Shown here piece by piece: positions 9,172 to 17,989 of a stretch of 64,000 bases of DNA. A model generated the notes under the pieces. The model saw nothing but the letters and a program-made list of their open reading frames with translations, made no database searches and was not told the origin of the DNA. How positions within the stretch are numbered: position 1 is the stretch's first letter; each line of letters begins with the position of its first letter. Both the position numbers and the translations under genes were made by a program. The DNA comes from Oscillospiraceae bacterium (GTDB lineage: Bacteria > Bacillota > Clostridia > Oscillospirales > Oscillospiraceae). Location of the stretch: contig CACXJE010000004.1 in the NCBI GenBank assembly GCA_902767915.1, positions 22,692-86,691 of the forward strand. Reading direction: 5' to 3'.

Positions 9172-10728
9172 CTAAGGCTTTTTTTCTGATGACATACTAC
9201 CCTTTCGTTCAATCAAGCACTTTTTTGCGTCCTTCATGAAGCTCCAGATCATGATAATCATGATGATCCCGATTGGGAACGCAGAGATTATGCTGACCGA
9301 TTGGATGTTGCTCATGGAGCTTTCAGAGAAGACCAGACCTATGGGTAGAACAATCAACAGAATACACCAAAGGAATTGAATCAGCTTATGGGGATGTTCT
9401 TCCTCTCCAAGACGCTTATAGCTATAGCAGGCGGCAGTGTAGGCAATAGAATCAAAGGATGTAGCATAGAAAGCAATCATACAAAGGAGGGTTAGCACCA
9501 ATATGAATTTCTCTCCGGGCATCGTGTGGATGATGCTCAAAATCAGTCCATAGAGATCTCCGTTCGCTTCATACTCGGCAATAAAGTCTGCTGCACCGGA
9601 AGTCTGCAAGCCGAGAGAGTAGTTCCCCAACACAACAAAGCTGACAATTGTAGCACCAACGCCGAAGATATATCCGCCGAGAATCGTCTGCTTGATGGTT
9701 CTGCCCCGCGAAATGTTGCCAATAAAGAACGGCGCAGCGATACACCAAACCATCCAATAGGCCCAATAATATATCGTCCAATCCTGAGGGAAATTGTTGG
9801 TTCGCCCGGGATCTGCATATGTAGACAAGCCGAGGAAGTTCTGAATCATTTTGCCAAAGGATTGGAAACCGTTTTCAATGATAAATCTGCCCTGACCGCC
9901 GATCAGCAGAACAATCAGCAGAAGGCCAAAGAAGAGATAAATACACAGCTTTGCCAAAAAACTGATGCCTTTGAAGCCGTGTAGAACCGCATAGGTATAG
10001 ACGCCGCAGGTGATCAGCAGAATAATAATGGTAACTGCAGTTCTGCTGAGAGAAATATGGAAGAGATCCACCAGGATGCTTGCCATCAGCGGTGTAGCCA
10101 CAGAGAAGGTCGTTGCTGTCCCGGCCAGCAGGGCAAATAGTGCAAATAGGTCGATCACTCGACCCAGCAGGCCGTCAGCGTGCTTGCCGATCACCGGGCG
10201 GCAGGCTTCCGAGTACCGCTGGCGGTTGCGCTTGCGTACATGAAGCATAAAGCCAAAGGCCACAGCCAGCACCAGATAGAACGCCCAGGGGATAAAGCTC
10301 CAGTGAAACAGCGGGAAAACCCCAGCCCATTCCACAATGGAGCCGCCCATTTCCGCCAGGTGCGGGTTAGCTGCGTACATGACCCACTCCGCAAAGGAAT
10401 AGAACAGGATGTCTGCGGCCAGCCCGCAGGTGAACATCATGCTTCCCCAGGTGAAGAAGGAATACTTTGGCTTTTCATTGGGCTCGCCCAGTACGATGTT
10501 CCCATACTTGGACAAAGACAGGAACAGGGAAACCAACAACACACCCAGACCAATGATCAGATAATAGACGCCCATGGTGTCGCCTACAAAGAAGCGCACC
10601 TTTCCGATCACTCGGTTTGATTGTTCCGGTAAAAGAAAGAGCAACAACGCCAGACCGATAATCGTGATAAAGGGGACCAACGTTACTAGCCAGTCGACCC
10701 TTCCTTTGATTGCCTTATCCTTTTTCAT
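9172..10728 (-). CDS. BCCT-family (betaine/carnitine/choline) transporter
   Basis: Start trimmed to ATG 10728 (MKKDKAIKG...), removing a 140-aa extension that overlaps licC. BCCT signature region WTIYYWAYWMVWCIAAPFFIGNISRGRTIKQ; about 12 hydrophobic segments. Confidence 0.8.
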   Translation of the reverse strand: MKKDKAIKGRVDWLVTLVPFITIIGLALLLFLLPEQSNRVIGKVRFFVGDTMGVYYLIIGLGVLLVSLFLSLSKYGNIVLGEPNEKPKYSFFTWGSMMFTCGLAADILFYSFAEWVMYAANPHLAEMGGSIVEWAGVFPLFHWSFIPWAFYLVLAVAFGFMLHVRKRNRQRYSEACRPVIGKHADGLLGRVIDLFALFALLAGTATTFSVATPLMASILVDLFHISLSRTAVTIIILLITCGVYTYAVLHGFKGISFLAKLCIYLFFGLLLIVLLIGGQGRFIIENGFQSFGKMIQNFLGLSTYADPGRTNNFPQDWTIYYWAYWMVWCIAAPFFIGNISRGRTIKQTILGGYIFGVGATIVSFVVLGNYSLGLQTSGAADFIAEYEANGDLYGLILSIIHTMPGEKFILVLTLLCMIAFYATSFDSIAYTAACYSYKRLGEEEHPHKLIQFLWCILLIVLPIGLVFSESSMSNIQSVSIISAFPIGIIMIIMIWSFMKDAKKCLIERKGSMSSEKKP

Positions 10729-11461
10729 TGCATACAACCTCTTTTCCTGACTCCAACCAGGAGCTATACGACGGATCCTCCCGAACCAGTTCTTCCAGCG
10801 TGTCAATCTCCCGAATATCGGTTTCCGCCATAATCCGGATTCCCAACCGGTATTTCTCGGGATAACAGAACATCGCAACGTCATCCCAATAAATCTGACG
10901 ATTCTGCTTTTCCTGAAATTCGATTTCCAGATGTTTTTGCAGCTGCCTTCCATCCTCTGCCGTCCAACGGCTGATTGAGTAGAGCTGCCAGCCTCGACAA
11001 CCTCCCGTTCTGGAGCAGGAGCGGACGATTCCGTTTTCAACCTGCATGAGCCATTCACTCGTTTGTCCTTCGCACCAGACTGCATTGTAGCCGGAACGCT
11101 CAAAGGCTGGAGAAAGGATCTCCGGATTATAAATGATCTGGTCTCCATCCAGAATGATGCAGTCCTCCAGATGCCCCCGCGCTACATAGAGCGAACTGAT
11201 GTTGTTGCAGCTGTCAAACCAAGGATTCTCGACAAGCTGTACTCCGGGATACTCAGAGGGCAGTTCAGAAAACCGTTCCTTCAGATACCCCACCACAACA
11301 TAGATTTCGTTGATTCCATTCTGATGCAGGGCTTGAATTACAGTGTCGATCATGCGAATACCATTTACGGCAACCAGCGGCTTCGGGGTGGTAAGCGTGA
11401 TGGGCTTCATCCGCTCGCCTTTTCCGGCTGCAAGAATAATCGCTCGTTTCACCTGGTTCAT
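10715..11461 (-). CDS. licC: LicC-like nucleotidyltransferase (putative CTP:phosphocholine cytidylyltransferase)
   Basis: 248 aa. N-terminus AIILAAGKGERMKPITLTTPKPLV (GxGxR NTP-transferase motif). 4-nt overlap with the upstream kinase gene; adjacent to the BCCT transporter. Confidence 0.7.
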   Translation of the reverse strand: MNQVKRAIILAAGKGERMKPITLTTPKPLVAVNGIRMIDTVIQALHQNGINEIYVVVGYLKERFSELPSEYPGVQLVENPWFDSCNNISSLYVARGHLEDCIILDGDQIIYNPEILSPAFERSGYNAVWCEGQTSEWLMQVENGIVRSCSRTGGCRGWQLYSISRWTAEDGRQLQKHLEIEFQEKQNRQIYWDDVAMFCYPEKYRLGIRIMAETDIREIDTLEELVREDPSYSSWLESGKEVVCNEKG

Positions 11462-13233
11462 TTTACAGCCTCCGCTTTTTTCATTGCCTCCAAGGCATAT
11501 CGGTAAAAGTCCTTGGCATAACGGTACTGCCGCATACCGTACTCGCCAAACTCCACGCCCAGATTGCGCTTGTATTCAGTCCAATTGGACCAAAGCAGAC
11601 CGCAGGCAGCAATGTAGCAATAAATCTTAGCCCGCACTGCACGATCGCAGTTGCCTTCAAAATAGATATCGATCAAATGATCAATCTTTGGCTTGTCGTA
11701 CAGACTGTAGATGCAGAACATGGCAATGTCCACATGGGGATCCTGCATTCCGGCATATTCCCAGTCTGTCAACTGCAATCGCTCTTCTGCTGCCCCGTCA
11801 GGAGTATAGAACAAGAAGTTGTCCGGCACGGCGTCAATGTGAGTCAGACACCGCTCTATCGGTTGGTGATCGAGATAGTCACGCAGCGACAGCACATTTT
11901 GCTTGGTTTTTTCATAATCACGATAGGCGGAGGGCTGCCCGTTCCAAAGCCTTTCATAGAACTCTATTTGACCGAAAATATCGAAGCAGTGATCCACCTG
12001 TAGGCGCATTTCATGGAAATGCTTCAATAGGGTCATGCAGCGCCGCAAATCCGACGGATCCTCCGGGTCACAAACCCGGACGCCTTCCAGATACTTGGTG
12101 ATTTTATATCCATTTGCAGGATTAAGATATACTGGATCGTCACAGAGTCCTGCGCCGCAGATTGCCTGAAAGACAGCGGCCTCCTGCCTGCGGTTAATCA
12201 GTTTGTCGGTTCCCTCCCCTGGGATCCGCATGATATACTTTTTCCCCTTCACGCGGAAAAGGAACGAACGGTTTGTCATTCCTTTTTTCAGAATAGAAAT
12301 GTCTACTATATCTTCCGCCCTGCAATGAAGCGCATTGGAAATCACATCCAAGGCATCAGACTGAATACTACCGGAATTGCCGTCCAGTTCCCGCAACTGT
12401 TCAAAAGTGTTGATTTCCTTGACCAGATCTGCAGGGATTACCCTGGCGGGGATTGCCATTTTATTTTCACGGTCTAACGCGGCCTCCCAGAAGGCTCCAT
12501 CATAGTGGGGACTACTGTTCATCATTCGTAGTCTTGCTCGCAGATCGACGGCATTCTCTTCCAGAAGGTAGGATAAGCCAACCATCCGATTGCCTTCCTC
12601 TCCTTCATTTACCCTGACAAGCTCTTGCTTTCGATTAACTCGCACTTGGCTGCCGGGACCTTTCCGATCGGTCACCATGTACCACGAATAGAGCTCATAT
12701 TGGGAAAACGGGTTTTCAGCAAACCACAGATCTCCTGGAATGATATATGTATTCGAGATTTCCTCTGCTGCAATGGCGAGAGAGCAGAGGTTGTTTTTCT
12801 CGGCATAGGCAGGATTAACGACCAGCTTGACCCCAAACTCATCAATCAGATAGTCGAAGCGTTCCTTCATAAAGCCGACGACCACTGTGATTTTTTTAAC
12901 CCCCGCTTCCCAAAGCTGATGGATTATTCGTTCGATAAGCGTTTCTCCCCGCACCTCCAACAGCGCTTTGGGAGTCAGAGAATTGATCGGAATCATGCGC
13001 ATTCCAAGGCCGGCCGCTAGGATAATCGCATTCTGCGGCCTGCATTTCTCAAACAGCGCATGAGCCTTTTCCGTCAGCTGGCGTGCGTCAGAGAGTAAGC
13101 CCGCGTTGCTGAGCCTCCGAACAGATTGATTCACTGCACCAAGAGAATAACCTGTCTGATCAGCCAATGTGCGCTGATTTTGATAGCGACAAGTGGATAG
13201 AATTTGAAGGATAGTATAATCTTGAACGTTCAT
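11458..13233 (-). CDS. Tri-domain fusion: winged-helix HTH + NTP-transferase + choline/aminoglycoside-type kinase (LicA-like)
   Basis: 591 aa. N-terminus QRTLADQTGYSLGAVNQSVRRLSNAGLL (wHTH); AIILAAGLGMRMIPINSLTPKALL (NTP transferase); C-terminus LTHIDAVPDNFLF and LTDWEYAGMQDPHVDIA (APH/choline-kinase catalytic motifs). Confidence 0.75.
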   Translation of the reverse strand: MNVQDYTILQILSTCRYQNQRTLADQTGYSLGAVNQSVRRLSNAGLLSDARQLTEKAHALFEKCRPQNAIILAAGLGMRMIPINSLTPKALLEVRGETLIERIIHQLWEAGVKKITVVVGFMKERFDYLIDEFGVKLVVNPAYAEKNNLCSLAIAAEEISNTYIIPGDLWFAENPFSQYELYSWYMVTDRKGPGSQVRVNRKQELVRVNEGEEGNRMVGLSYLLEENAVDLRARLRMMNSSPHYDGAFWEAALDRENKMAIPARVIPADLVKEINTFEQLRELDGNSGSIQSDALDVISNALHCRAEDIVDISILKKGMTNRSFLFRVKGKKYIMRIPGEGTDKLINRRQEAAVFQAICGAGLCDDPVYLNPANGYKITKYLEGVRVCDPEDPSDLRRCMTLLKHFHEMRLQVDHCFDIFGQIEFYERLWNGQPSAYRDYEKTKQNVLSLRDYLDHQPIERCLTHIDAVPDNFLFYTPDGAAEERLQLTDWEYAGMQDPHVDIAMFCIYSLYDKPKIDHLIDIYFEGNCDRAVRAKIYCYIAACGLLWSNWTEYKRNLGVEFGEYGMRQYRYAKDFYRYALEAMKKAEAVK

Positions 13234-13327
13234 GAACTGCCCTTCTTTGCGATATTGTGAACATCGGAGTTATTATATCATTCCACCTCAAAAAGTCAAG
13301 CCAATTGTCTTCAGATGTTGAATAGAA

Positions 13328-13375
13328 CACAAATAAATCGGTGCGAGCTGCAAAGCAATGAGCTGCAGCTCGCAC
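13328..13375 (-). terminator. Rho-independent terminator after the M20 peptidase operon
   Basis: 11-bp stem GTGCGAGCTGC / GCAGCTCGCAC (13341-13375), followed on the minus strand by ATTTATTTGTGTT. Confidence 0.65.
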
Positions 13376-13408
13376 TGAATAGTGGCAATGACCTGGCAGG
13401 AATACGCT

Positions 13409-13480
13409 CTGCCCTCAGGTCAGGCCGCAGATCAGGTTCTGATAGAAATCCACCGCGCCGGGAAGACCGCTGTATTCGAT
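13409..13480. repeat. Direct repeat copy B (functional 3' end of the M20 peptidase gene)
   Basis: See copy A; includes the stop codon at 13415-13417. Confidence 0.85.
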
Positions 13481-14854
13481 GTTCTCGTTGACGCCGTGCA
13501 TGCCCTTCATCTGCTCAGGGCCGTAGATCACGGGCGCAAACCGGATCACGTTGTCGCAGATGGCCTGGTAGAAGCGGGCGTCGGTGGCGCCGGTCATCAC
13601 GTAGGGGCAGGCGGGCAGACCGGGGAAGGTCTGTTCCACGATCCGGGTCGCGTACTGCCAGCCCTCGCCGGAAATGTCCGTGGCTGCAGTGTAGTCGCTG
13701 GCGGCCCGAACCTCCGTCTCCAGGCCGTATTCCGCGGCCAGCGCCCGGATGATCCGCAGGCTCTCGTCCATGCCCTGATGGGGGATGAAGCGCAGATTGG
13801 CCCAGACAGCGGCCTCCTGGGGCAGGACGTTGCAGGCGTCGGAGCCGGACTGCATGGTAAAGGCAATCGTGGTTTTCAGCAGGGCGCTGGCCTGGGGGGA
13901 GAGCTTCGGCATCACGAGCTTCAAAAGGGGCCCGAACAGCCAGATATTCCCGAAGAGCAGCCGCAGGCCGAAGCCCGCATAGGGGGAAAGCCGGGTGAAC
14001 ATGGCCTTCACCTCGGGCTCGAATTGCTTCTTGAAGGGAGATCGCCGCTCCACCCGGTCTACAAACGCCGCCAAGCGGGCAATGGGGCTGTGGGCAGGGG
14101 GTGCGCTGGCGTGGCCGCCCTCGGAGCGGGCTGTGAATTTCACGTCGGCCTTGCCCTTCTCAAAGACGCCCATCATCGCGAAGTTCCCGGGGATCCCGGC
14201 GATGGGATCCGTGATGATGCCGCCGCCCTCGTCACAGACCAGCCAGGGCTTCACACCCCGGCGGGCCAGCTCGTCCACCAGCTTTTTGCAGCCGGGGCCG
14301 GCCCATTCCTCGGTGCAGGAGGAGGAGAGATACACGTCCTGCGGCGGGACGAAGCCCTGTGCCAGCAGCTCCTCCACCGCCTCAAAAAAGGCGAAGACGG
14401 AGCATTTCGTATCCGAGCTGCCCCGGCCCCAGACCTTGCCGCCCTCAATATCGCCGGAGAAGGGCTCGTGGCTCCACGCTCCTTCCGCCGGGACCACGTC
14501 CTGGTGGCTCATAAGGACGATGGGCTTTTCGCTGCGCTTGCCCTTCCAGTAAAAGAGCAGGTTCCCGTCCAGCTCCGTCTTTTCAAGATTGGCATGGACC
14601 AGGGGAAAAAGCTCCGCCAGCAGCTGATGAAAGCCAAGAAACTTCTCCCGCTGGTTTTCTCCGGGCACAGAGACGGTTTCATACCGCACCATGCGGGAGA
14701 GGGCCTGGGCGTAACGCTCCGCCCGGGCGGGGTCCGGGTCGGGCTGGTAGGTGGAAACCTTGTGCCCTGCCAGCAGGGTTCGCAGGACGGCGATGCCCAG
14801 CAGCAGCACGATCAGCCCCAGCAGACCCAGGAGCACATAGACGATCCACATCAT
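13415..14854 (-). CDS. M20/M25/M40-family metallopeptidase with N-terminal membrane anchor
   Basis: 479 aa. N-terminal TM (WIVYVLLGLLGLIVLLLGIAVL); motifs SHQDVVPA and GRGSSDTKCS; ATGA overlap with the upstream gene. Confidence 0.8.
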   Translation of the reverse strand: MMWIVYVLLGLLGLIVLLLGIAVLRTLLAGHKVSTYQPDPDPARAERYAQALSRMVRYETVSVPGENQREKFLGFHQLLAELFPLVHANLEKTELDGNLLFYWKGKRSEKPIVLMSHQDVVPAEGAWSHEPFSGDIEGGKVWGRGSSDTKCSVFAFFEAVEELLAQGFVPPQDVYLSSSCTEEWAGPGCKKLVDELARRGVKPWLVCDEGGGIITDPIAGIPGNFAMMGVFEKGKADVKFTARSEGGHASAPPAHSPIARLAAFVDRVERRSPFKKQFEPEVKAMFTRLSPYAGFGLRLLFGNIWLFGPLLKLVMPKLSPQASALLKTTIAFTMQSGSDACNVLPQEAAVWANLRFIPHQGMDESLRIIRALAAEYGLETEVRAASDYTAATDISGEGWQYATRIVEQTFPGLPACPYVMTGATDARFYQAICDNVIRFAPVIYGPEQMKGMHGVNENIEYSGLPGAVDFYQNLICGLT

Positions 14855-15576
14855 TTCCCGCCGCCTCCCGTTTTCTTATACTTCAGCCAAGCCAGAAGGA
14901 TCGCCAGCGCGCCGCTGGGCAGGATCATAAAGCTGGTGGAGGAGATCAGGCCGGGGACCAGGATAAAGAGCAGGCTCATGATCAGCAGGGGAGCCGCTGC
15001 GATGTCCAGGTTTTTGCGGAAATACTTGTATGCCATGGCGCCGAAGAGGGCCGGGACCACGTTGTCGAAGGCCGGGGCCAGAGTCGGCGACTGGAGCAGA
15101 GGCTGCAGCGGGATCAGCAGCGCGACGCCCACCGCCAGCACCAGGATCGTCACCAGCGAGGAGGTGGCAATGGAGAGTGTGGAGATGATCTCGTTCTCCG
15201 GGGTGCCGGCCTTGACGCCCACGATGTCCCGGGCGTTGACGGCACAGGGAATTTTCATGTTGATGAGGTTGCCGGTGATGAAGGCCAGATAGCCGCCGCC
15301 GGCCCCCAGCATGGGCGTATAGACCAGCCATTCGGCGATGCAGCTCACGAACCAGACCAGACCGATGGCCAAAAAGCCGCTCCCGGCGGCCTTCAGATCC
15401 GGGGAGGTTCCCAGATAGCCGCCGATCACGAAGGGGACGCCCAGCAGGAGTACCAGGGTAATGACGCTGGCGATCCGGCCGAAGAGATGGGTGCTTTTGT
15501 TGTAGGCCTCAAAGAGGGCCTTTTTTTCTTCGTCAAAAGCGGAGCTTTCCGCCGCGGGAAGGTTTTTCTCGTTCAC
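14851..15576 (-). CDS. Polytopic membrane protein, unknown function (operon with M20 peptidase)
   Basis: 241 aa with GTG start 15576 preceded by AAGGGGGG. About 6 hydrophobic segments. Translationally coupled to the peptidase. Confidence 0.6.
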   Translation of the reverse strand: MNEKNLPAAESSAFDEEKKALFEAYNKSTHLFGRIASVITLVLLLGVPFVIGGYLGTSPDLKAAGSGFLAIGLVWFVSCIAEWLVYTPMLGAGGGYLAFITGNLINMKIPCAVNARDIVGVKAGTPENEIISTLSIATSSLVTILVLAVGVALLIPLQPLLQSPTLAPAFDNVVPALFGAMAYKYFRKNLDIAAAPLLIMSLLFILVPGLISSTSFMILPSGALAILLAWLKYKKTGGGGK

Positions 15577-15592
15577 GTTGACGCCCCCCTTC

Positions 15593-16345
15593 TCAGAGTC
15601 TGCCCAGAAGGACAGCGATGGCCATGGCCAGCAGCATGCTGCCCGCGATGGAGAAGCTCTCCACCCAGGCCTGCTTCTTCTTTTCCGCCAGCCAGACGAA
15701 GCCTGCCATAGCCAGGCTCGCCGCCAGGGCCACAGCCAAAGGCAGCCAGGAGCCGGTAAACGTAAAGCGGCCGTTTCCGGAGATGAAGCCGCCGATATAG
15801 CTGCCCAGGTAGGCGCAGATCAGGCCGATGAACATGGCGGTCATGGCCTTGTCGCCAAAGCCGGAAACCCCGGCGCTCTTTCCGCTGCCGCTGCCGAGGC
15901 GCTTGAGATAGCGTTTGTTGAAAAGCGTGGAGAAGACCATACCCCACATAATGCACAGGCTCATCAGCAGGCAGATCGTGACGAAGCCCCGGGCCGTCAT
16001 GGTGGTGGCGGAAAGGCCGCCCAGCCCCGCCTGCTCCGCGGCGGCGGTGGCCACCTGGGTCTCATAGTGCAGGGCCCCGATCACAGACAGCCGCAGCCAG
16101 GGCCAGGGTGTGCCCAGGCTGCCGGACAGGGCGATGACCCCCAGCAGAATGCCCACGCTGGGCAGCAGGGTGAAGGTGGCGCTGGCGGCGATGACCCGCT
16201 TCATTTTGGTCGTGTCGATGCCCATGGCCTTGCCCGCCCGGTAGGCCCGGATCAGGAAGAACAGGCTGACCGCCGCGATAAAGAGGATGATCGTCCCGCA
16301 GACGATGTAGAGAAAGGGGCTGTTGAGCTGGGTCAGAATCGACAT
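15593..16345 (-). CDS. Polytopic membrane protein, unknown function (first gene of the M20 operon)
   Basis: 250 aa with about 6-7 hydrophobic segments; 16 nt upstream of the next gene. Confidence 0.6.
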   Translation of the reverse strand: MSILTQLNSPFLYIVCGTIILFIAAVSLFFLIRAYRAGKAMGIDTTKMKRVIAASATFTLLPSVGILLGVIALSGSLGTPWPWLRLSVIGALHYETQVATAAAEQAGLGGLSATTMTARGFVTICLLMSLCIMWGMVFSTLFNKRYLKRLGSGSGKSAGVSGFGDKAMTAMFIGLICAYLGSYIGGFISGNGRFTFTGSWLPLAVALAASLAMAGFVWLAEKKKQAWVESFSIAGSMLLAMAIAVLLGRL

Positions 16346-16422
16346 ACGCAGGACATCCTTTACTGTTCAGCCGAATCGCGCATTTTTGATGCGCCTCGGC
16401 CCACTCGATTCGTTATCGTATC

Positions 16423-16803
16423 TCATGCCAGTTCTTCGTCCATATGGATCAAAAACGATTCAAAGGAATCGGAAACGGTGTAGTAAGTGTCCGCGCCCGT
16501 GTTGCAGCTGTCGATCTGGCAATAGATCCGTTTTTCCGGGTTATACGCCCAGAGCTGGTCGTCGACGCCGCCAATCACGACGTATCCCGGCCACCATTTG
16601 GGAACCTCGTACTCGTCGTTGATTGCCTGCAACTCCTCCAGCCGATAGAAACGGCCGTAATTGTTTTCGCCCAGCGGGCCCTCTCCGCCGTTGTGCTCCC
16701 GCATAAAGGCGAGATAGTCCTCCGGCAGATCCAGTCCGTTGACGCTTGTAATCATCTGCTTCGGCTTCTCATTGAACTCGAATTCTTTGAACATTTCATC
16801 CAT
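16423..16803 (-). CDS. SMI1/KNR4 (SUKH-1) family protein, polymorphic-toxin immunity type
   Basis: 126 aa. LPEDYLAFMREHNGGEG...YRLEEL...GYVVIGG...LWAYNP fits the SUKH-1 pattern. Confidence 0.65.
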   Translation of the reverse strand: MDEMFKEFEFNEKPKQMITSVNGLDLPEDYLAFMREHNGGEGPLGENNYGRFYRLEELQAINDEYEVPKWWPGYVVIGGVDDQLWAYNPEKRIYCQIDSCNTGADTYYTVSDSFESFLIHMDEELA

Positions 16804-16818
16804 AACGGTCTCCCTGTC

Positions 16819-17562
16819 CTATTCTTCTCTCAGCACCGTGACATTGTAATAGGCGTTGTTATAATCCTCGTTCTCAAAATCATTTACAAATTCCGGATGG
16901 ACGACAAAGGCCTTCCCGTTTGCAGTGTGAAGCCTCGTGTCCTGCTGGAAAAAAACGCCTTGTCCGCCGTAGAAGATCATCTGATCCACGATCTTCGTAT
17001 AATCCTCCAGCCTGTCTTCAGGGACCCGGTGGATCCCGATATCCGGTCTCCCGAATTCGGCCATCCCCCTGGTGTGAAGCCAATAGCCGTCCTCTTCCTT
17101 GGAATAAAGAATCACCACATGGTTTTGCGCGTTGACTTCTTTGTCAAAGAAGCGCTCCGTCCACTGCTCCGGCGCGTACAAAGTTAGGGCCTGCGGGTCC
17201 AGGATCCCCACCGCGCCCTTCTCCACAAAGGCCTGGAGAATGCCGATGACGTTCCGCATGTAATCCAGCGTGCTGTCCTTTCCGATGCTGCCCTGCAAAA
17301 TCGAACAGGTTTCCGCCTCCCGGCAGCGCCGGAACAGAGCAGGGTCTTTCTCTTCCAGGACCTTTCCCATGGCTCCGGTAAGGAACCCATCGATATAGCT
17401 TCCGTGCTGTTCCCTGTTCAGGCTGCGAATATCGAGCCCTTCCGGGAGCTCATCCACTTTGTGCCGGTTCCGGGACACCTCCAGCTCTTCGGCGGAAACG
17501 CCGAACACCACATAGAACAGGAATGGTTTATAGCCGATATCCCGATAGTATTTACGTTCCAT
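16819..17562 (-). CDS. Hypothetical cytoplasmic protein (possible immunity-type)
   Basis: 247-aa ORF with plausible composition, stacked between two immunity-like genes. No motif recognised. Confidence 0.5.
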   Translation of the reverse strand: MERKYYRDIGYKPFLFYVVFGVSAEELEVSRNRHKVDELPEGLDIRSLNREQHGSYIDGFLTGAMGKVLEEKDPALFRRCREAETCSILQGSIGKDSTLDYMRNVIGILQAFVEKGAVGILDPQALTLYAPEQWTERFFDKEVNAQNHVVILYSKEEDGYWLHTRGMAEFGRPDIGIHRVPEDRLEDYTKIVDQMIFYGGQGVFFQQDTRLHTANGKAFVVHPEFVNDFENEDYNNAYYNVTVLREE

Positions 17563-17580
17563 TTCTCTGTCCTCCGGTTT

Positions 17581-17970
17581 TCATTCAAAATATCCTTCTT
17601 TACCAAACAGGATGCTCTCTGCCGCACCGTCCGGGGCATAGACTGCCGCGGCCCAGCGGAAGCTGATCGGCCCGTCGTCATCTTCCTCAAATTCGGGGAA
17701 GAGCTTGAGCATCTCTTCTGTCTCCAGCGGAAAGACTTTTCTGCCTTCGATCAGGACCTCCGCGTCGTCAAAAACCTCAATGGCCTCGCAGCAGTTATTT
17801 CCGTCGTAATAGACGTGGCAAAAGCCGAAGTCGTCCGTCGCGGCAGTCGCCTCCGGGGTCTTTTGGAACTCCTCTGCATTGCCCCAGACCGCTCTGATCT
17901 GACCTCTCGACATGCCGAACCGCACGGAACCGACGCCCACAAGGGGGATCACATTCAATCTCATATCCAT
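17581..17970 (-). CDS. Hypothetical small protein (immunity-protein-like)
   Basis: Start trimmed to ATG 17970 or 17964 (MDMRLNVIPLVGVGSVRFGMSRGQIRAVWG...) to avoid overlapping the hydrolase gene. The G.G.vrFGMsr..v pattern is typical of small immunity-type families. Confidence 0.5.
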   Translation of the reverse strand: MDMRLNVIPLVGVGSVRFGMSRGQIRAVWGNAEEFQKTPEATAATDDFGFCHVYYDGNNCCEAIEVFDDAEVLIEGRKVFPLETEEMLKLFPEFEEDDDGPISFRWAAAVYAPDGAAESILFGKEGYFE

Positions 17971-17989
17971 TACCGTATTCGATCTGTGC

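Larger units (their letters stand above)
7638..13408. other. Inserted accessory island (FRG protein + lic phosphocholine module) between the two repeat copies
   Basis: Bounded by the 72-bp direct repeats. Contains a coherent functional module and its own promoter and terminator regions. No recombinase gene inside. Confidence 0.55.

Noticed and set aside
10729-11148. 140-aa N-terminal extension of the BCCT transporter ORF.
   Set aside because: It overlaps the LicC-like gene out of frame. The hydrophobic transporter body starts at MKKDKAIKG (ATG 10728).
13382-15292. 636-aa plus-strand ORF. Similar long plus-strand ORFs occur at 1071-2045(-), 4197-5057, 15578-16483, 17912-18859, 23299-24198, 24510-25550, 28001-29122, 29972-31450, 34437-35591, 36210-37403, 38174-39262, 39063-40160, 40088-41200, 42178-43617 and 43416-44669.
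   Set aside because: They are antisense or out-of-frame shadows of motif-bearing genes in high-GC DNA. Their Arg/Gly/Pro/Ala-rich composition, lack of an RBS and lack of recognisable motifs argue against coding, and the opposite-strand genes explain the sequence.
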